Positions 20,351-30,618 of a stretch of DNA of 63,466 nt are shown here, in pieces. This DNA is from a virus. Lineage: Duplodnaviria > Caudoviricetes. The translations under genes and the position numbers were made by a program. Position 1 is the first letter of the stretch; every line of letters starts with the position of its first letter. Below the pieces are notes generated by a model. The model made no database searches and was not told where the DNA came from. It saw only the letters and a list, made by a program, of their open reading frames with translations. Where the stretch lies: the IMG/VR virus record IMGVR_UViG_3300030060_007512, positions 1-63,466 of that record; one strand, given 5' to 3'.

Positions 20351-23300
20351 ATGGCAGAAATTAGAACTATAGATTATAAAGGTTTCAATCACGCTACAGG
20401 TAGTGGTGGTACACCCGGGTTCTTAATTTACTCTGGTTCACTTTCTTTAGGTTCAGATGTAAGTAGTATTACATCGTATTCAGGTGTTGGTATTGAAGCA
20501 ATCGGTGGCAGTGAATCATTCTTAAGATTTAGATCTAATCCTAATGAGCTAGATATAAGAACTAATAAATTCTTTTTAGGTAGTAATACTCAATTTATAT
20601 CTGGATCTGATGGTAATATAGAAATATCATCTAGTAATTTTCATTTAGATAATACAGGTGATGTTGTAATGCAAGGTACTATTACTGCAGAAGCGGGTGG
20701 TACAATCGGTGGTTGGTCAATAGGAACTACAGCACTATCATCGAGTGGTAATACTGTAATGTTAGATTCTGATGGTCCCTATCATATATCTGCTTCTGAT
20801 TTCCAAGTAGATACAGCTGGAGCAGTAACTGCAAGTGCTGGACTGATTGGCGGTTGGCAAATAAAAGACGGTAATATTTTTAGTCCGGGAATGTCTACTA
20901 CAAATGGTTCTGGTATAGCTTTAGAAGGAGACAGTCATCCTAGAATTATAGTTCAAAGCAGTACTAATAATTATGTATGGTTGAATTATACAAGCGCCAC
21001 CAACTATGGATTATCGAGCAAGCTTAATGGCAATCTTGTATTCACGCTTGGAAATCCAAGCGGTGAAGGTAACACTATAGCAGGCTGGTCCTTTGATACT
21101 CAAGCAATTGAAGGTGGTAGAATGCATATGAATAAAGAGGGATATATTTCATCTTCCGGAGCTGGAGGCTGGATGATTTCCTCATCTAATGCAGTAGATG
21201 ATCCTGTAGGTTTTATCTCATCATCTGCATTTAAGGTATCACCAGATGGAAGAATGACTGCAAGTGCTGGACTAATTGGCGGATTTATTATTGAATCAGA
21301 TTCACTTACAGCTAATGATGGTACAGCTTGGGATCCACTTAAATTAACAGCTGGTTCAGCTCCAAAGATTCATATAAGAAATAGTGGTGCAGATTATGTA
21401 AGAATGTTTTACGATTCAAATTCAGTATATGGAATAGAACAAAAAACATTTGCATCAGGAGAAAAAGCATTTCAACTAGGCTCTACAAATCAGATAGCAG
21501 GATGGTCTTTTAATCATGCATCACTTGATGGTGGTAGAATGCATATAAATAAAGAAGGTTATATTTCATCTTCTGGAGCAGGGGGTTGGATGATTTCCTC
21601 ATCTAATGCAGCAGAAGATCCTGTTGGATTTATTTCATCATCTAAATTCAAAGTATCAGCTGATGGTAGGCTAACTGCATCAGCAGCAACTATAGAAGGA
21701 AAAATAACTGCAGGTAGTGGTGAAATTGGTGGGTGGACTATAGAATCTGATAAATTAAGTAAAGGAACAGATGCAGATTATATAGCACTAATACCAGGAA
21801 CAGGTATACAAATGGGGGACTCTACATTTGCAGATGCACCATTTAGTGTAACAAATGCAGGTGTTGTAAAAGCAACTTCAGGAACTGTTGGTGGTTGGAC
21901 TTTAAGTAATGATAAACTTACAGGTAACAATATAATAATTAGCTCTTCAGGAGCTATTCAAACTTCTAATTTTATATCGTCTATGGTTGGCGGACTAGCA
22001 GGTTCTGGTTATCGAATAGGAGAGGATGGAATTGCAGAATTTGAAGAGGCTAGAATAAGAGGAACATTATCAACAGCAGTTTTCGAAAAAGAAACGGTTT
22101 CAGCTGTAGGTGGTGCATTAATAGTAGCAAATGCAACAGCATTAAAATCTGGCTCATTAATTTTATCAGGTAGTATAGCTACTGCATCTGTTGATAATGC
22201 AGCTGGATTTGTATCTGGTGAATATATTTTAGCTAAAGCTACAAGCTCTACCGGATTTACAGAAGAAATAATGAAAGTACATTCAGTAGATACATCTGCT
22301 AATACAATGGTTGTATCTAGAAGTATGAACGGTAACTTAATTCAAAGTATGTCATCAGGGCAAGTTTTAGTTTCACAAGGTGCAAATGGTACAGGATTTA
22401 TTTTATTGAATGCTACATCAGGCTCTGAAACTCCTTATATTGATATTGTTGAACGAACAGGAACTGGTGTTAATGATTTAGATATTAAAGTAAGGTTAGG
22501 TGATTTATCAGGAATAAGTGATAATAATTTTGGCACTTTATCAGGATTCGGTTTATATACTGATAATGTATTTCTTAAAGGTACAATATCTTCTTCTGCA
22601 GGTAATATAGGTGGATTCAATATATCATCTGAAGAAATAAAATCTGATAATAATAATTTAAGATTAAAAGCTAATGGAACTATAACCGGCTCAGATGTAT
22701 TATTTAATGGTGGAAGGGTAGGTGGGTTTACTATGGATGGTCATAGTTTAAGATCAACAGGTGTTGAAATAAATAATGCAACACAAACCCTTTTTATATC
22801 GTCAAGTAATTTCAAAGTCGATCATTCAGGTAATATGACCGGCTCTCAAGTTTTGTTTACTGGTGGGAAAATTGCAAACTTTACTATTGATGATCATTCA
22901 CTTACTACAACTGGTGTTGAAATAAACGATTCAACTCAAACCTATTTTATATCGTCAAGTAATTTCAAAGTCGATCATTCAGGTAATATGACTGGTTCAC
23001 AAGTTGATTTCACCGGTGGTACGATTGGCGGGTTTAATATATCTGATACTGAAATAAACTCTGATAATAATAATTTAAGATTAAAATCAAATGGTCAAAT
23101 AACAGCTAGTCAGGCACTATTTACGGGAGGTAAAATTGGTGGATGGACAATATCAAACTCGCATCTCCAAAGATTTACTGCTAACGGTGGGTTAGAGCTA
23201 GATTCTACAGCTCAAAAACTTTTTATATCTACAGGTTCTGATGGAGATAATAGTAAAATTATTGAAATAGGTAGACTAAACAGTACACAATTCGGTATTG

Positions 23301-23842
23301 TAGGTTATAACACTACAGGTACTGAAATTTTCAAATTAGGTGAAACAGGAAATAATATAGCAGGATTTAGTTTTGATGACGGTAAATTTTCTAAAGGCAC
23401 TAGTTTTCATATTTCCACATCAACTGATACAAGCGATTCAGTAGGATTTATATCATCATCAAACTTCAAGGTATCTCCAGGCGGTGTATTATCTGCTTCA
23501 AGTGCTAACTTTCAAGGTGATATAATAGCTCATAATATTACTGAAAAATTTGTAAAAGTAACTGATGCTAATTCAGGTTCGTTTTTAAGATATGTATCTG
23601 GTAATGCTACTACCGGTAAAAAGAATATAGTTTGTGATGGCTCTTTAGGTGGTGCTATTACATCTAATTTTGAAATAGCTACAACTGCAGCATTTACTTT
23701 AGCTGATATCGAACTAGCTAATACAGGTTCTCAATTAGCTACCGTAGATGTTTATATTACTACCGATGGCATGCATTTTGATAATGATGTTGTACAAACC
23801 GATCAACAAGAGGCATTTAACCAAAAAGTTGATGGAACCTAA
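20351..23842 (+). CDS. Tail fibre-like protein with internal repeats
   Basis: Many G.IGG[WF].I and ISSS.FKV..G..TAS repeats. Confidence 0.7.
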   Translation: MAEIRTIDYKGFNHATGSGGTPGFLIYSGSLSLGSDVSSITSYSGVGIEAIGGSESFLRFRSNPNELDIRTNKFFLGSNTQFISGSDGNIEISSSNFHLDNTGDVVMQGTITAEAGGTIGGWSIGTTALSSSGNTVMLDSDGPYHISASDFQVDTAGAVTASAGLIGGWQIKDGNIFSPGMSTTNGSGIALEGDSHPRIIVQSSTNNYVWLNYTSATNYGLSSKLNGNLVFTLGNPSGEGNTIAGWSFDTQAIEGGRMHMNKEGYISSSGAGGWMISSSNAVDDPVGFISSSAFKVSPDGRMTASAGLIGGFIIESDSLTANDGTAWDPLKLTAGSAPKIHIRNSGADYVRMFYDSNSVYGIEQKTFASGEKAFQLGSTNQIAGWSFNHASLDGGRMHINKEGYISSSGAGGWMISSSNAAEDPVGFISSSKFKVSADGRLTASAATIEGKITAGSGEIGGWTIESDKLSKGTDADYIALIPGTGIQMGDSTFADAPFSVTNAGVVKATSGTVGGWTLSNDKLTGNNIIISSSGAIQTSNFISSMVGGLAGSGYRIGEDGIAEFEEARIRGTLSTAVFEKETVSAVGGALIVANATALKSGSLILSGSIATASVDNAAGFVSGEYILAKATSSTGFTEEIMKVHSVDTSANTMVVSRSMNGNLIQSMSSGQVLVSQGANGTGFILLNATSGSETPYIDIVERTGTGVNDLDIKVRLGDLSGISDNNFGTLSGFGLYTDNVFLKGTISSSAGNIGGFNISSEEIKSDNNNLRLKANGTITGSDVLFNGGRVGGFTMDGHSLRSTGVEINNATQTLFISSSNFKVDHSGNMTGSQVLFTGGKIANFTIDDHSLTTTGVEINDSTQTYFISSSNFKVDHSGNMTGSQVDFTGGTIGGFNISDTEINSDNNNLRLKSNGQITASQALFTGGKIGGWTISNSHLQRFTANGGLELDSTAQKLFISTGSDGDNSKIIEIGRLNSTQFGIVGYNTTGTEIFKLGETGNNIAGFSFDDGKFSKGTSFHISTSTDTSDSVGFISSSNFKVSPGGVLSASSANFQGDIIAHNITEKFVKVTDANSGSFLRYVSGNATTGKKNIVCDGSLGGAITSNFEIATTAAFTLADIELANTGSQLATVDVYITTDGMHFDNDVVQTDQQEAFNQKVDGT
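22792..22992 (+). repeat. 48-bp exact direct repeat within a ~153-bp tandem duplication
   Basis: ttttatatcgtcaagtaatttcaaagtcgatcattcaggtaatatgac at 22792-22839 and 22945-22992. Confidence 0.85.
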
Positions 23843-23861
23843 TTAATTAAGAGGAATAAAT

Positions 23862-25211
23862 ATGGCAAGTATAGATATGAATAAAGGAAATAGGTTTACA
23901 TTACGTAGGATTGGTGAAACAACATTAATTACCGACTCTACTGATCATTCACATGCTCCAACAGTATTTAGACAACAAGTAATAATATCCGGAAGTACCA
24001 AGTCAGGACATGGTACGTTTCAACCTGCTGTAGATGTTATAGTTGCAAATGAAGATCCTGCTGTGCGAATTACAACTACAGGATACGGTACAACTGAACC
24101 ACTTCTTGAACTTAGGCATACGAGTACTGACCAAAATCGTCACGCTTATATGCGTTTTAATCATACGTCAAATAACTTTTCAATGGGAGTAGTGCAAGGA
24201 AGTCTATCTGGATTAGATGATAAAGGATTTTTCGTTTTTAGTGATGATACTGATATCCAAACAGATGCCGATAGGATTATGATGTTCGATACAACTAAAA
24301 ATATTTATATACCAAACGGCGGTGTAGTAATTGGTGGTGCAGATGACGGTACTGAAGCAGAACCTGCAGACGGTACACTACGTGTTAACGAATATATTGA
24401 ACTTCCATTAGATATAAAAGCTACTGATGCAACTGCAATTTTTAATTTTCAGGAGGGCAGTACAAGTGGTTATCAAACTACATTTAATATGGACGATACT
24501 GGACTTAAGATTGGACACAATACTAGTGTTAGGAATTTTGAACTTCAAACTAACTCTGTTACTCGTATGACCTTAGCTGGTGATCAAACCAGAGTAGGTA
24601 TAGGAATTTCATCAGGAATGGATAAACGTCTTCATATTCATGATAGCGGAATTAAGATCGATGGAGCTTCTGCTCTTGATACAGACTCATCTAGATTCGT
24701 TATTGATACTGATAACTCAACAGCCCATAGATGTATGGAATTACGAAGTGATGATGGTATAGCATTCGTAGTTGATGCAGATGGTGGTATAGAAATGCCT
24801 AATCTAGATACATATTCATCTGGTGGTAACAACGTAAAATGGCATTCAAATGTAATTAAACGAAATTCTTCAACTCGTAAAGTAAAGAAGAATATAAAAG
24901 ATTTAGATAGTTCGTTTGTTGATAATTTTTCTAAACTAAGACCTGCACAATGGCTATGTAGAATGAGTGATCAGCCCGGATTTGGTTTTATAGCAGAAGA
25001 AATTTCAGAAGTTAATAAAAGTTATGCTACATATGGCCCTGATTGGACAAGAGACGAAAAAGGACAACAGATACGTATCGGTAAAAGAAAATTCAAAAAA
25101 GATAGTGATAAACAAGTACCTAATGGTCTTGATGAAACCGCTATCCTTACCGCTGCAGTAGCTAAAATACAACAATTAGAAAAACGTATAGAAGAATTGG
25201 AGAATAGATAA
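23862..25211 (+). CDS. Tail fibre/spike with C-terminal intramolecular chaperone (peptidase S74)
   Basis: SSTRKVKKNIKDL...LRP...GFIAEEI...AKIQQLEKRIEELE. Confidence 0.8.
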   Translation: MASIDMNKGNRFTLRRIGETTLITDSTDHSHAPTVFRQQVIISGSTKSGHGTFQPAVDVIVANEDPAVRITTTGYGTTEPLLELRHTSTDQNRHAYMRFNHTSNNFSMGVVQGSLSGLDDKGFFVFSDDTDIQTDADRIMMFDTTKNIYIPNGGVVIGGADDGTEAEPADGTLRVNEYIELPLDIKATDATAIFNFQEGSTSGYQTTFNMDDTGLKIGHNTSVRNFELQTNSVTRMTLAGDQTRVGIGISSGMDKRLHIHDSGIKIDGASALDTDSSRFVIDTDNSTAHRCMELRSDDGIAFVVDADGGIEMPNLDTYSSGGNNVKWHSNVIKRNSSTRKVKKNIKDLDSSFVDNFSKLRPAQWLCRMSDQPGFGFIAEEISEVNKSYATYGPDWTRDEKGQQIRIGKRKFKKDSDKQVPNGLDETAILTAAVAKIQQLEKRIEELENR

Positions 25212-26101
25212 TGGCAACATTTCAAGTTGAACAAACATTAAGTGCATTTACAAACGGTACAGGATCTAATTCTATAAGTAAAATACCAATATCGTGTACC
25301 GACCCTAGTGGTTCATTTCATATGCTTAAACCAGGCATTCCTTATTCACATTTTGAAAATGCAGCATCAATGTCACTTGCTGTTTTAGCTTCCTCTTCGT
25401 TTGCTATAGAAGCTGATCCAGATGATATTACAAGTGTACAATTTCGAATACCAGCAAAATCAGCTGGTACTACTCATGATAGAGTTGCATTTTATATATC
25501 TGGTAGTGGCGAGATAGGTGTTGGTACTAAAGACCCTGAATCATCATTTGATATTAGAGATGTAAAACAAGATATAGATCCTAAAAATGCAAAAAATGAT
25601 AAAGAAGCTTTACTTAAATTATCAAGAGATGCTGCAGAAAAAGATATACAAGCTGAAAAATTCCGTACTGCTAGAACCATTGGTGGAGTTAGTTTTGATG
25701 GTACAGCTAATATTAATCTACCTGGTGTAAATACAGCTGGAAATCAGAATACAACAGGAAATGCAGCAACAGCAACTTCAGCATCTTATGCTGTAACGAG
25801 TAGTATGACAACAGGTAATGCTAGTACTGCTGGTGAGGCAAGGACTGTTGTTGTAAGTTCTGATGTAGGTTCTGCTGATCATCCATTAACATTTATAGAT
25901 GATACAACACCTGACGGTTCAGCTGAAGCACTTCTAGCAGCTAATACTATTACAGTTAATCCAAGTACAGGTGCACTTACTTTAGGTAACTTAACCATTT
26001 CCTTTACACAAGGTGATGGTAAAAAAACATTCGGGACAATAACATTTATTGCTAATGATGCCCGTGGAACAAGAAGAACGGCTACCATAAATTTAACTTA
26101 A
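25211..26101 (+). CDS. Tail fibre-like protein
   Basis: TARTIGGVSFDGTANINLPG, GNAATAT and IGVGT.DP fibre motifs. Confidence 0.65.
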   Translation: MATFQVEQTLSAFTNGTGSNSISKIPISCTDPSGSFHMLKPGIPYSHFENAASMSLAVLASSSFAIEADPDDITSVQFRIPAKSAGTTHDRVAFYISGSGEIGVGTKDPESSFDIRDVKQDIDPKNAKNDKEALLKLSRDAAEKDIQAEKFRTARTIGGVSFDGTANINLPGVNTAGNQNTTGNAATATSASYAVTSSMTTGNASTAGEARTVVVSSDVGSADHPLTFIDDTTPDGSAEALLAANTITVNPSTGALTLGNLTISFTQGDGKKTFGTITFIANDARGTRRTATINLT

Positions 26102-26125
26102 AATGCAATAGGATGATATTTATAT

Positions 26126-26470
26126 ATGGCGACAATCACTAAAATAAAATGGAAAGACGCTAATTTCAAGTGGAATGATGCAGAAGGAGATGCTGCATAT
26201 CTTGATTTTACCGGTCACTTAAAATTTGAGTGGGATGAAGTTTTTCTTGTTGAAGTGGTTGGTACTGGAACAGGCAGTGTTCCATCAGTAGCTGATACAT
26301 TAGGTAAATTACCTAAAGAAAAGAAAAAGAAGTACATTAGATTAATAATGGACTTCAAAGGTGTTAAAATTTACGATGAGCGTAAAGAAGTAAAAAATAT
26401 TAAAGCTTATGCTAAAGATGTTAAATTAATAGCAGAGGAGATAAAACGAAATGTACAAATTATTCACTGA
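26126..26470 (+). CDS. Hypothetical protein
   Basis: 114-aa ORF with Trp-repeat N-terminus (KWKDANFKWND). Confidence 0.5.
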   Translation: MATITKIKWKDANFKWNDAEGDAAYLDFTGHLKFEWDEVFLVEVVGTGTGSVPSVADTLGKLPKEKKKKYIRLIMDFKGVKIYDERKEVKNIKAYAKDVKLIAEEIKRNVQIIH

Positions 26471-27023
26471 TAAAATTGAAAATTTCGAAGCTAATATTAA
26501 ATTAGAAGGAGCATCGCCATCTAAATCTATTGCAAGATTGGTTGTAGAGGCATCTGATTTTAGTTTAATGTTTAAGGGTAGTGTTAATAATAATGGTAAA
26601 GTAACCGTTCCTGTTAAGAGGTTAAGAGGATTACTTGACGAAAACACTACCGGTACTATTAAGCTTGAAGTTATAGCGGAAGATACTTTTTTTACTCCAT
26701 GGGAAAGTAAATTTGAAGTTCATACATCTAAAAAAATTACTGTTGAAGTAAAATCACAAGCTAATACAATCATAGAAAGTAAAAAACCAAAAATTAAAGT
26801 TGAAGTTATGAACGATAAACAAGTTACATTAAGCGAGCGAGAGCACGTAATTAATATTGTAAAGATGTTAATTAAAGAAAAAATTAATATGAAAAATCTT
26901 ACTATTAAGAAAAACAAACTTAATAATATAATAGGTGAATATATTACCGAAAATAAAATCACAGACAAACAAAAGGCTCCTGTAATTAATAAAGTTATCA
27001 AAGTACTTGAAAAAACTAATTAA
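26451..27023 (+). CDS. Hypothetical protein (Ig-like N-domain, helical C-domain)
   Basis: 190-aa ORF overlapping the upstream gene. Confidence 0.5.
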   Translation: MYKLFTDKIENFEANIKLEGASPSKSIARLVVEASDFSLMFKGSVNNNGKVTVPVKRLRGLLDENTTGTIKLEVIAEDTFFTPWESKFEVHTSKKITVEVKSQANTIIESKKPKIKVEVMNDKQVTLSEREHVINIVKMLIKEKINMKNLTIKKNKLNNIIGEYITENKITDKQKAPVINKVIKVLEKTN

Positions 27024-27036
27024 GGAGTAAGCGGTT

Positions 27037-30000
27037 ATGGCCGGACCTAACGATTTTACAAATCAAAATATTCAAGATACTTATCAGAGAGTCTTGCAAA
27101 TATCCAGTAGCAATATAGTTACTGATGGTACTGGTTCTGTAGTACCTATACTTCAAGCAACAGCATCAAATGCTGTCAGTGCATCGTATGCAGTATCTGC
27201 ATCTCATGAAATAATTTTAGAAGTATCATCATCATATGCAGAAAGTGCATCATTTGCATTAACTGCATCATATGTAGATTCAAGTACATTAGATACATTC
27301 AAACAAACTGGACATAGAAATGGAGATTCTGTTATAACAGGTTCATTGTTTGTTTCAGCATCAAATGGAAATATAACAGCTTCAGGTAACATAAGTGCTA
27401 GTGGTAATTTAGAAATAAGTTCAAGTATAACGTTTGGTGATGGAATTGCTAAAATTATTGGACCTGGTAATAATGATTATATACTATTATCTACTGATAA
27501 TATAGATTTCTACTTAAATGGTGCGGAAGCTGTTTCATTTGATCCTAATCAAATAATAATGAATGCCTCTAATCATAATATTGATTTTAAGGTTATGCAT
27601 GATAATGCTGTTGCAGCTATTCAAACAGATGCTTCAACTAATAGAGTAAAAATAAGAGATTTTGTTACAATAGGTAGTGGTTCAGCACCAAATGCCGATC
27701 CTAATACATTGTTAGTATCAGGAAGCTCACAATTTGTAGGAGATATAACAGCATCAGGTAATATAAGTGCTAGCGGTAATATAATATCAGATAAAGTTCA
27801 TGCAAATGTAATAGCTGGTAAAGTAGATGGGTCGGGCATAGTATTAGGTTCTGCAAGTGATATTCACGTAACAGCATCAGGTAATATAAGCGCAAGTGGA
27901 ACTATAACAGCGAACTCATTTCTAGTACCTTTTGGATCTTCTATTTTAGGTGAAGATTCATCAGGAAATATTAATGATATAATAGTTACGAATGGAGCAG
28001 ATTCTCTTGGTGTATCTTTTGGCGATTCTGATCATAGTACCATTTTAGCAGGAGGAGCTATAACCTTAGACTCAGTTCTAGATATTCATTTGAATGCAGA
28101 TGGGGGAGATGTTAACTTTGCTGACGGTGCAGGAGGAACTACGGTTAATATAAATACAACAGCAGGTGATATAAGTGCAAGTGGAGTAATATCAGGCTCT
28201 AATATTGTTAAATCAATGAGTACAGGTACTGGCAATAATGTAACACTTACTTTATATGATGGAACAACATTCACAAGAACTATTAATAATGTAACTAATG
28301 CAACTAATGCAACAAATGCAGATTGTTCTGATAAAGTTAAAACTATAACTTGTGATGCAAACGCAGAAAGATTTATTACCTTTGTAGATGATGATAATGA
28401 CCCTGCAGCGTGTGAAACTGTAAAAACAAATCCAGCATTAAGATGGAATTGTGCTAAAAGAATACTTATAGTAGACGGTGCAATAAAATCTAAAGGTTCA
28501 GACGTTACTATTATGAGCGGTTCTATTTCAATGTCAGGTGATCTAGTAATTACAGGAAGTATAAGCTCTAGTACTCCAGGTACAAGTTTAATATTTACTA
28601 CCGGCTCATTTAATCATATTATTACTGATGGTGATACTATTGAATTTAGAAATGCTTCAACGAAAGCAGTTGAAGGTAATCTAGTATTTGACCCTACCAA
28701 CGGACTTACTGTAAAAACTGCAGATAAAACAGCAGAATCAAATATTAAAATAGCAAATATAACAGCAGGTGAAACTTTAATAGTTGGAGGTCGCAGTGAC
28801 TTCGAAGGAGAAATAAGTACATCTGCTGGTATTTATGTAGAATCACAAAGTGCAGCAGGCGCAGGAAAAGGTTATGTGCAAGCTGTTAACTATCGAAGTA
28901 TTAGTGATACTAATAAGGGTGTGGTATTTGGTACTTCTAAAGAAAAAAATTATTATCGAGCAAATGGTTCTCACGAATTTATTGATGCCCCTGTAAATAT
29001 TGATGGTAATGTAAGTGCAAGTGGTAATCTAAATGCGGCAATAGTAAGAGCAGGCGATCCATTAAGAGGTATATATACTAGCATGCAACAAAATGTTATT
29101 GCTGTACCAGGCCATGTAAATACAATAAAGCTTCAAGGAGGTGTTGATGTAGGAACAGAAATTGGAAAAGAACCTACAATTGCATCAGACAATGGTGTTG
29201 CTATAATAATAAATGCGTTAGAAGCAGGACATTCTGGATCTTTTAGTATTTACAATGCAACAAATTCAACAACTATACCGGGTGTAAATAGTAGTGAAAT
29301 ATTTGCAATTGATGAAGATGGTAATATAACAGCTTCAGGAGATATAAGTGCAAGTGGAACAGGAACATTTGAAACAATTCAAATGGACGATAATAGAAAA
29401 ATATCTTTTGGAAACTCACAAGATTTATCAATATTCCACGATGGGGCTAATTCATATATACATGATACTGGTACAGGAAGATTGAACATTAAAGGTGGAG
29501 CTGGTGTAAACATTATATCACCGGCTGACGAAAATATGGCAACTTTTGAAGGTAATGGAGAAGTAAATCTTTACTATAATAATGTTAAAAAGTTTGAAAC
29601 AACTAATACTGGAATACAAGTAGCTGGTGATATAATAGCAACCGATTCAACAAATATTTCAGGTTCAAGTACAACCACTGGATCTTTAGCTAGAGTAGAA
29701 TCTATCAGTAATAAAACAGGTAATATTACTACTGATAGTAGTCAAATTGTATCTGCAGATTCTCTAGCTATTAAAGCTGCTACAGATATAAGATTATCTG
29801 CCAATGGTGAAGATATATTCTTTTCCGATGGATCTTCTGATAAACTTACTATATCTACCGGCACTGTTCCTACAATAACTGTTGATGGAAATCATACACT
29901 TGATATTAGTGGTGATTATAAAATTGATGTTGATGGCGATGATATACAGTTTCTCGGTAGCAGCACTCTTCGTGCACAATTACATTTAGATACAATTCCT

Positions 30001-30576
30001 GAGCTCGAGTTTATTGGTAAACAAGCAAATATAAGAGTTGATGACGGAGCTGGTACAGGTGCATTAGTTATAGGAGCTTCTGCAGGAGCCTATCAGTACG
30101 GTACTGATAAAAACTACCCTAATGCATTATTAGGTGGAGGACAAGGAGATTCAACGTATGTTGGATTTTCTGGAAATGAATTAACTCCTGTAGATATGAC
30201 AGATGTTCAATTCATATCAGGTTCATTAAAAAATGTTTCAGGTGGTACAATACAAGTAACACATTCTTGGCCAATACCACCTGGAGCTAAAGTAAACGGA
30301 TGTGCTCTAGTAGCAGATAGTGGTACATCATATAGATTAGAAATGCCTAGCCTTGCTCCATTTTGCGGAGCTATGGACTCGGTAAAGACAGGAATTACAT
30401 CTGTTACATGTCCAGCCAGAGCAGGCTATAAACGTCTAGGCCTTACATTATTAAGTAAAACAGAAGCAAACAAATTAGTTAATTCAGATGGCTTAGGAAA
30501 TCGCGTTTTAATGACTGCAGATGTTCCTAACAATGTAACTGTAAATGGACTGGCTTACTCGTATGAATTACTTTAG
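27037..30576 (+). CDS. Long tail fibre-like protein with ITASGNISASG repeats
   Basis: Repeated (I/V)TASG(N/D)ISASG; ASYAVSASH; DLSIFHDGANSYI and LYYNN.KKFETT..G fibre motifs; AAGGAG SD. Confidence 0.7.
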   Translation: MAGPNDFTNQNIQDTYQRVLQISSSNIVTDGTGSVVPILQATASNAVSASYAVSASHEIILEVSSSYAESASFALTASYVDSSTLDTFKQTGHRNGDSVITGSLFVSASNGNITASGNISASGNLEISSSITFGDGIAKIIGPGNNDYILLSTDNIDFYLNGAEAVSFDPNQIIMNASNHNIDFKVMHDNAVAAIQTDASTNRVKIRDFVTIGSGSAPNADPNTLLVSGSSQFVGDITASGNISASGNIISDKVHANVIAGKVDGSGIVLGSASDIHVTASGNISASGTITANSFLVPFGSSILGEDSSGNINDIIVTNGADSLGVSFGDSDHSTILAGGAITLDSVLDIHLNADGGDVNFADGAGGTTVNINTTAGDISASGVISGSNIVKSMSTGTGNNVTLTLYDGTTFTRTINNVTNATNATNADCSDKVKTITCDANAERFITFVDDDNDPAACETVKTNPALRWNCAKRILIVDGAIKSKGSDVTIMSGSISMSGDLVITGSISSSTPGTSLIFTTGSFNHIITDGDTIEFRNASTKAVEGNLVFDPTNGLTVKTADKTAESNIKIANITAGETLIVGGRSDFEGEISTSAGIYVESQSAAGAGKGYVQAVNYRSISDTNKGVVFGTSKEKNYYRANGSHEFIDAPVNIDGNVSASGNLNAAIVRAGDPLRGIYTSMQQNVIAVPGHVNTIKLQGGVDVGTEIGKEPTIASDNGVAIIINALEAGHSGSFSIYNATNSTTIPGVNSSEIFAIDEDGNITASGDISASGTGTFETIQMDDNRKISFGNSQDLSIFHDGANSYIHDTGTGRLNIKGGAGVNIISPADENMATFEGNGEVNLYYNNVKKFETTNTGIQVAGDIIATDSTNISGSSTTTGSLARVESISNKTGNITTDSSQIVSADSLAIKAATDIRLSANGEDIFFSDGSSDKLTISTGTVPTITVDGNHTLDISGDYKIDVDGDDIQFLGSSTLRAQLHLDTIPELEFIGKQANIRVDDGAGTGALVIGASAGAYQYGTDKNYPNALLGGGQGDSTYVGFSGNELTPVDMTDVQFISGSLKNVSGGTIQVTHSWPIPPGAKVNGCALVADSGTSYRLEMPSLAPFCGAMDSVKTGITSVTCPARAGYKRLGLTLLSKTEANKLVNSDGLGNRVLMTADVPNNVTVNGLAYSYELL

Positions 30577-30618
30577 GTAATTTATATAATTTTTAATATT
30601 AATTAGATATTTATAAGT

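Noticed and set aside
21070-23130. Repeat pairs as diversity-generating retroelement template/variable repeats
   Set aside because: Differences are mainly synonymous and not adenine-specific, both copies are in-frame coding, and no reverse transcriptase is in the window
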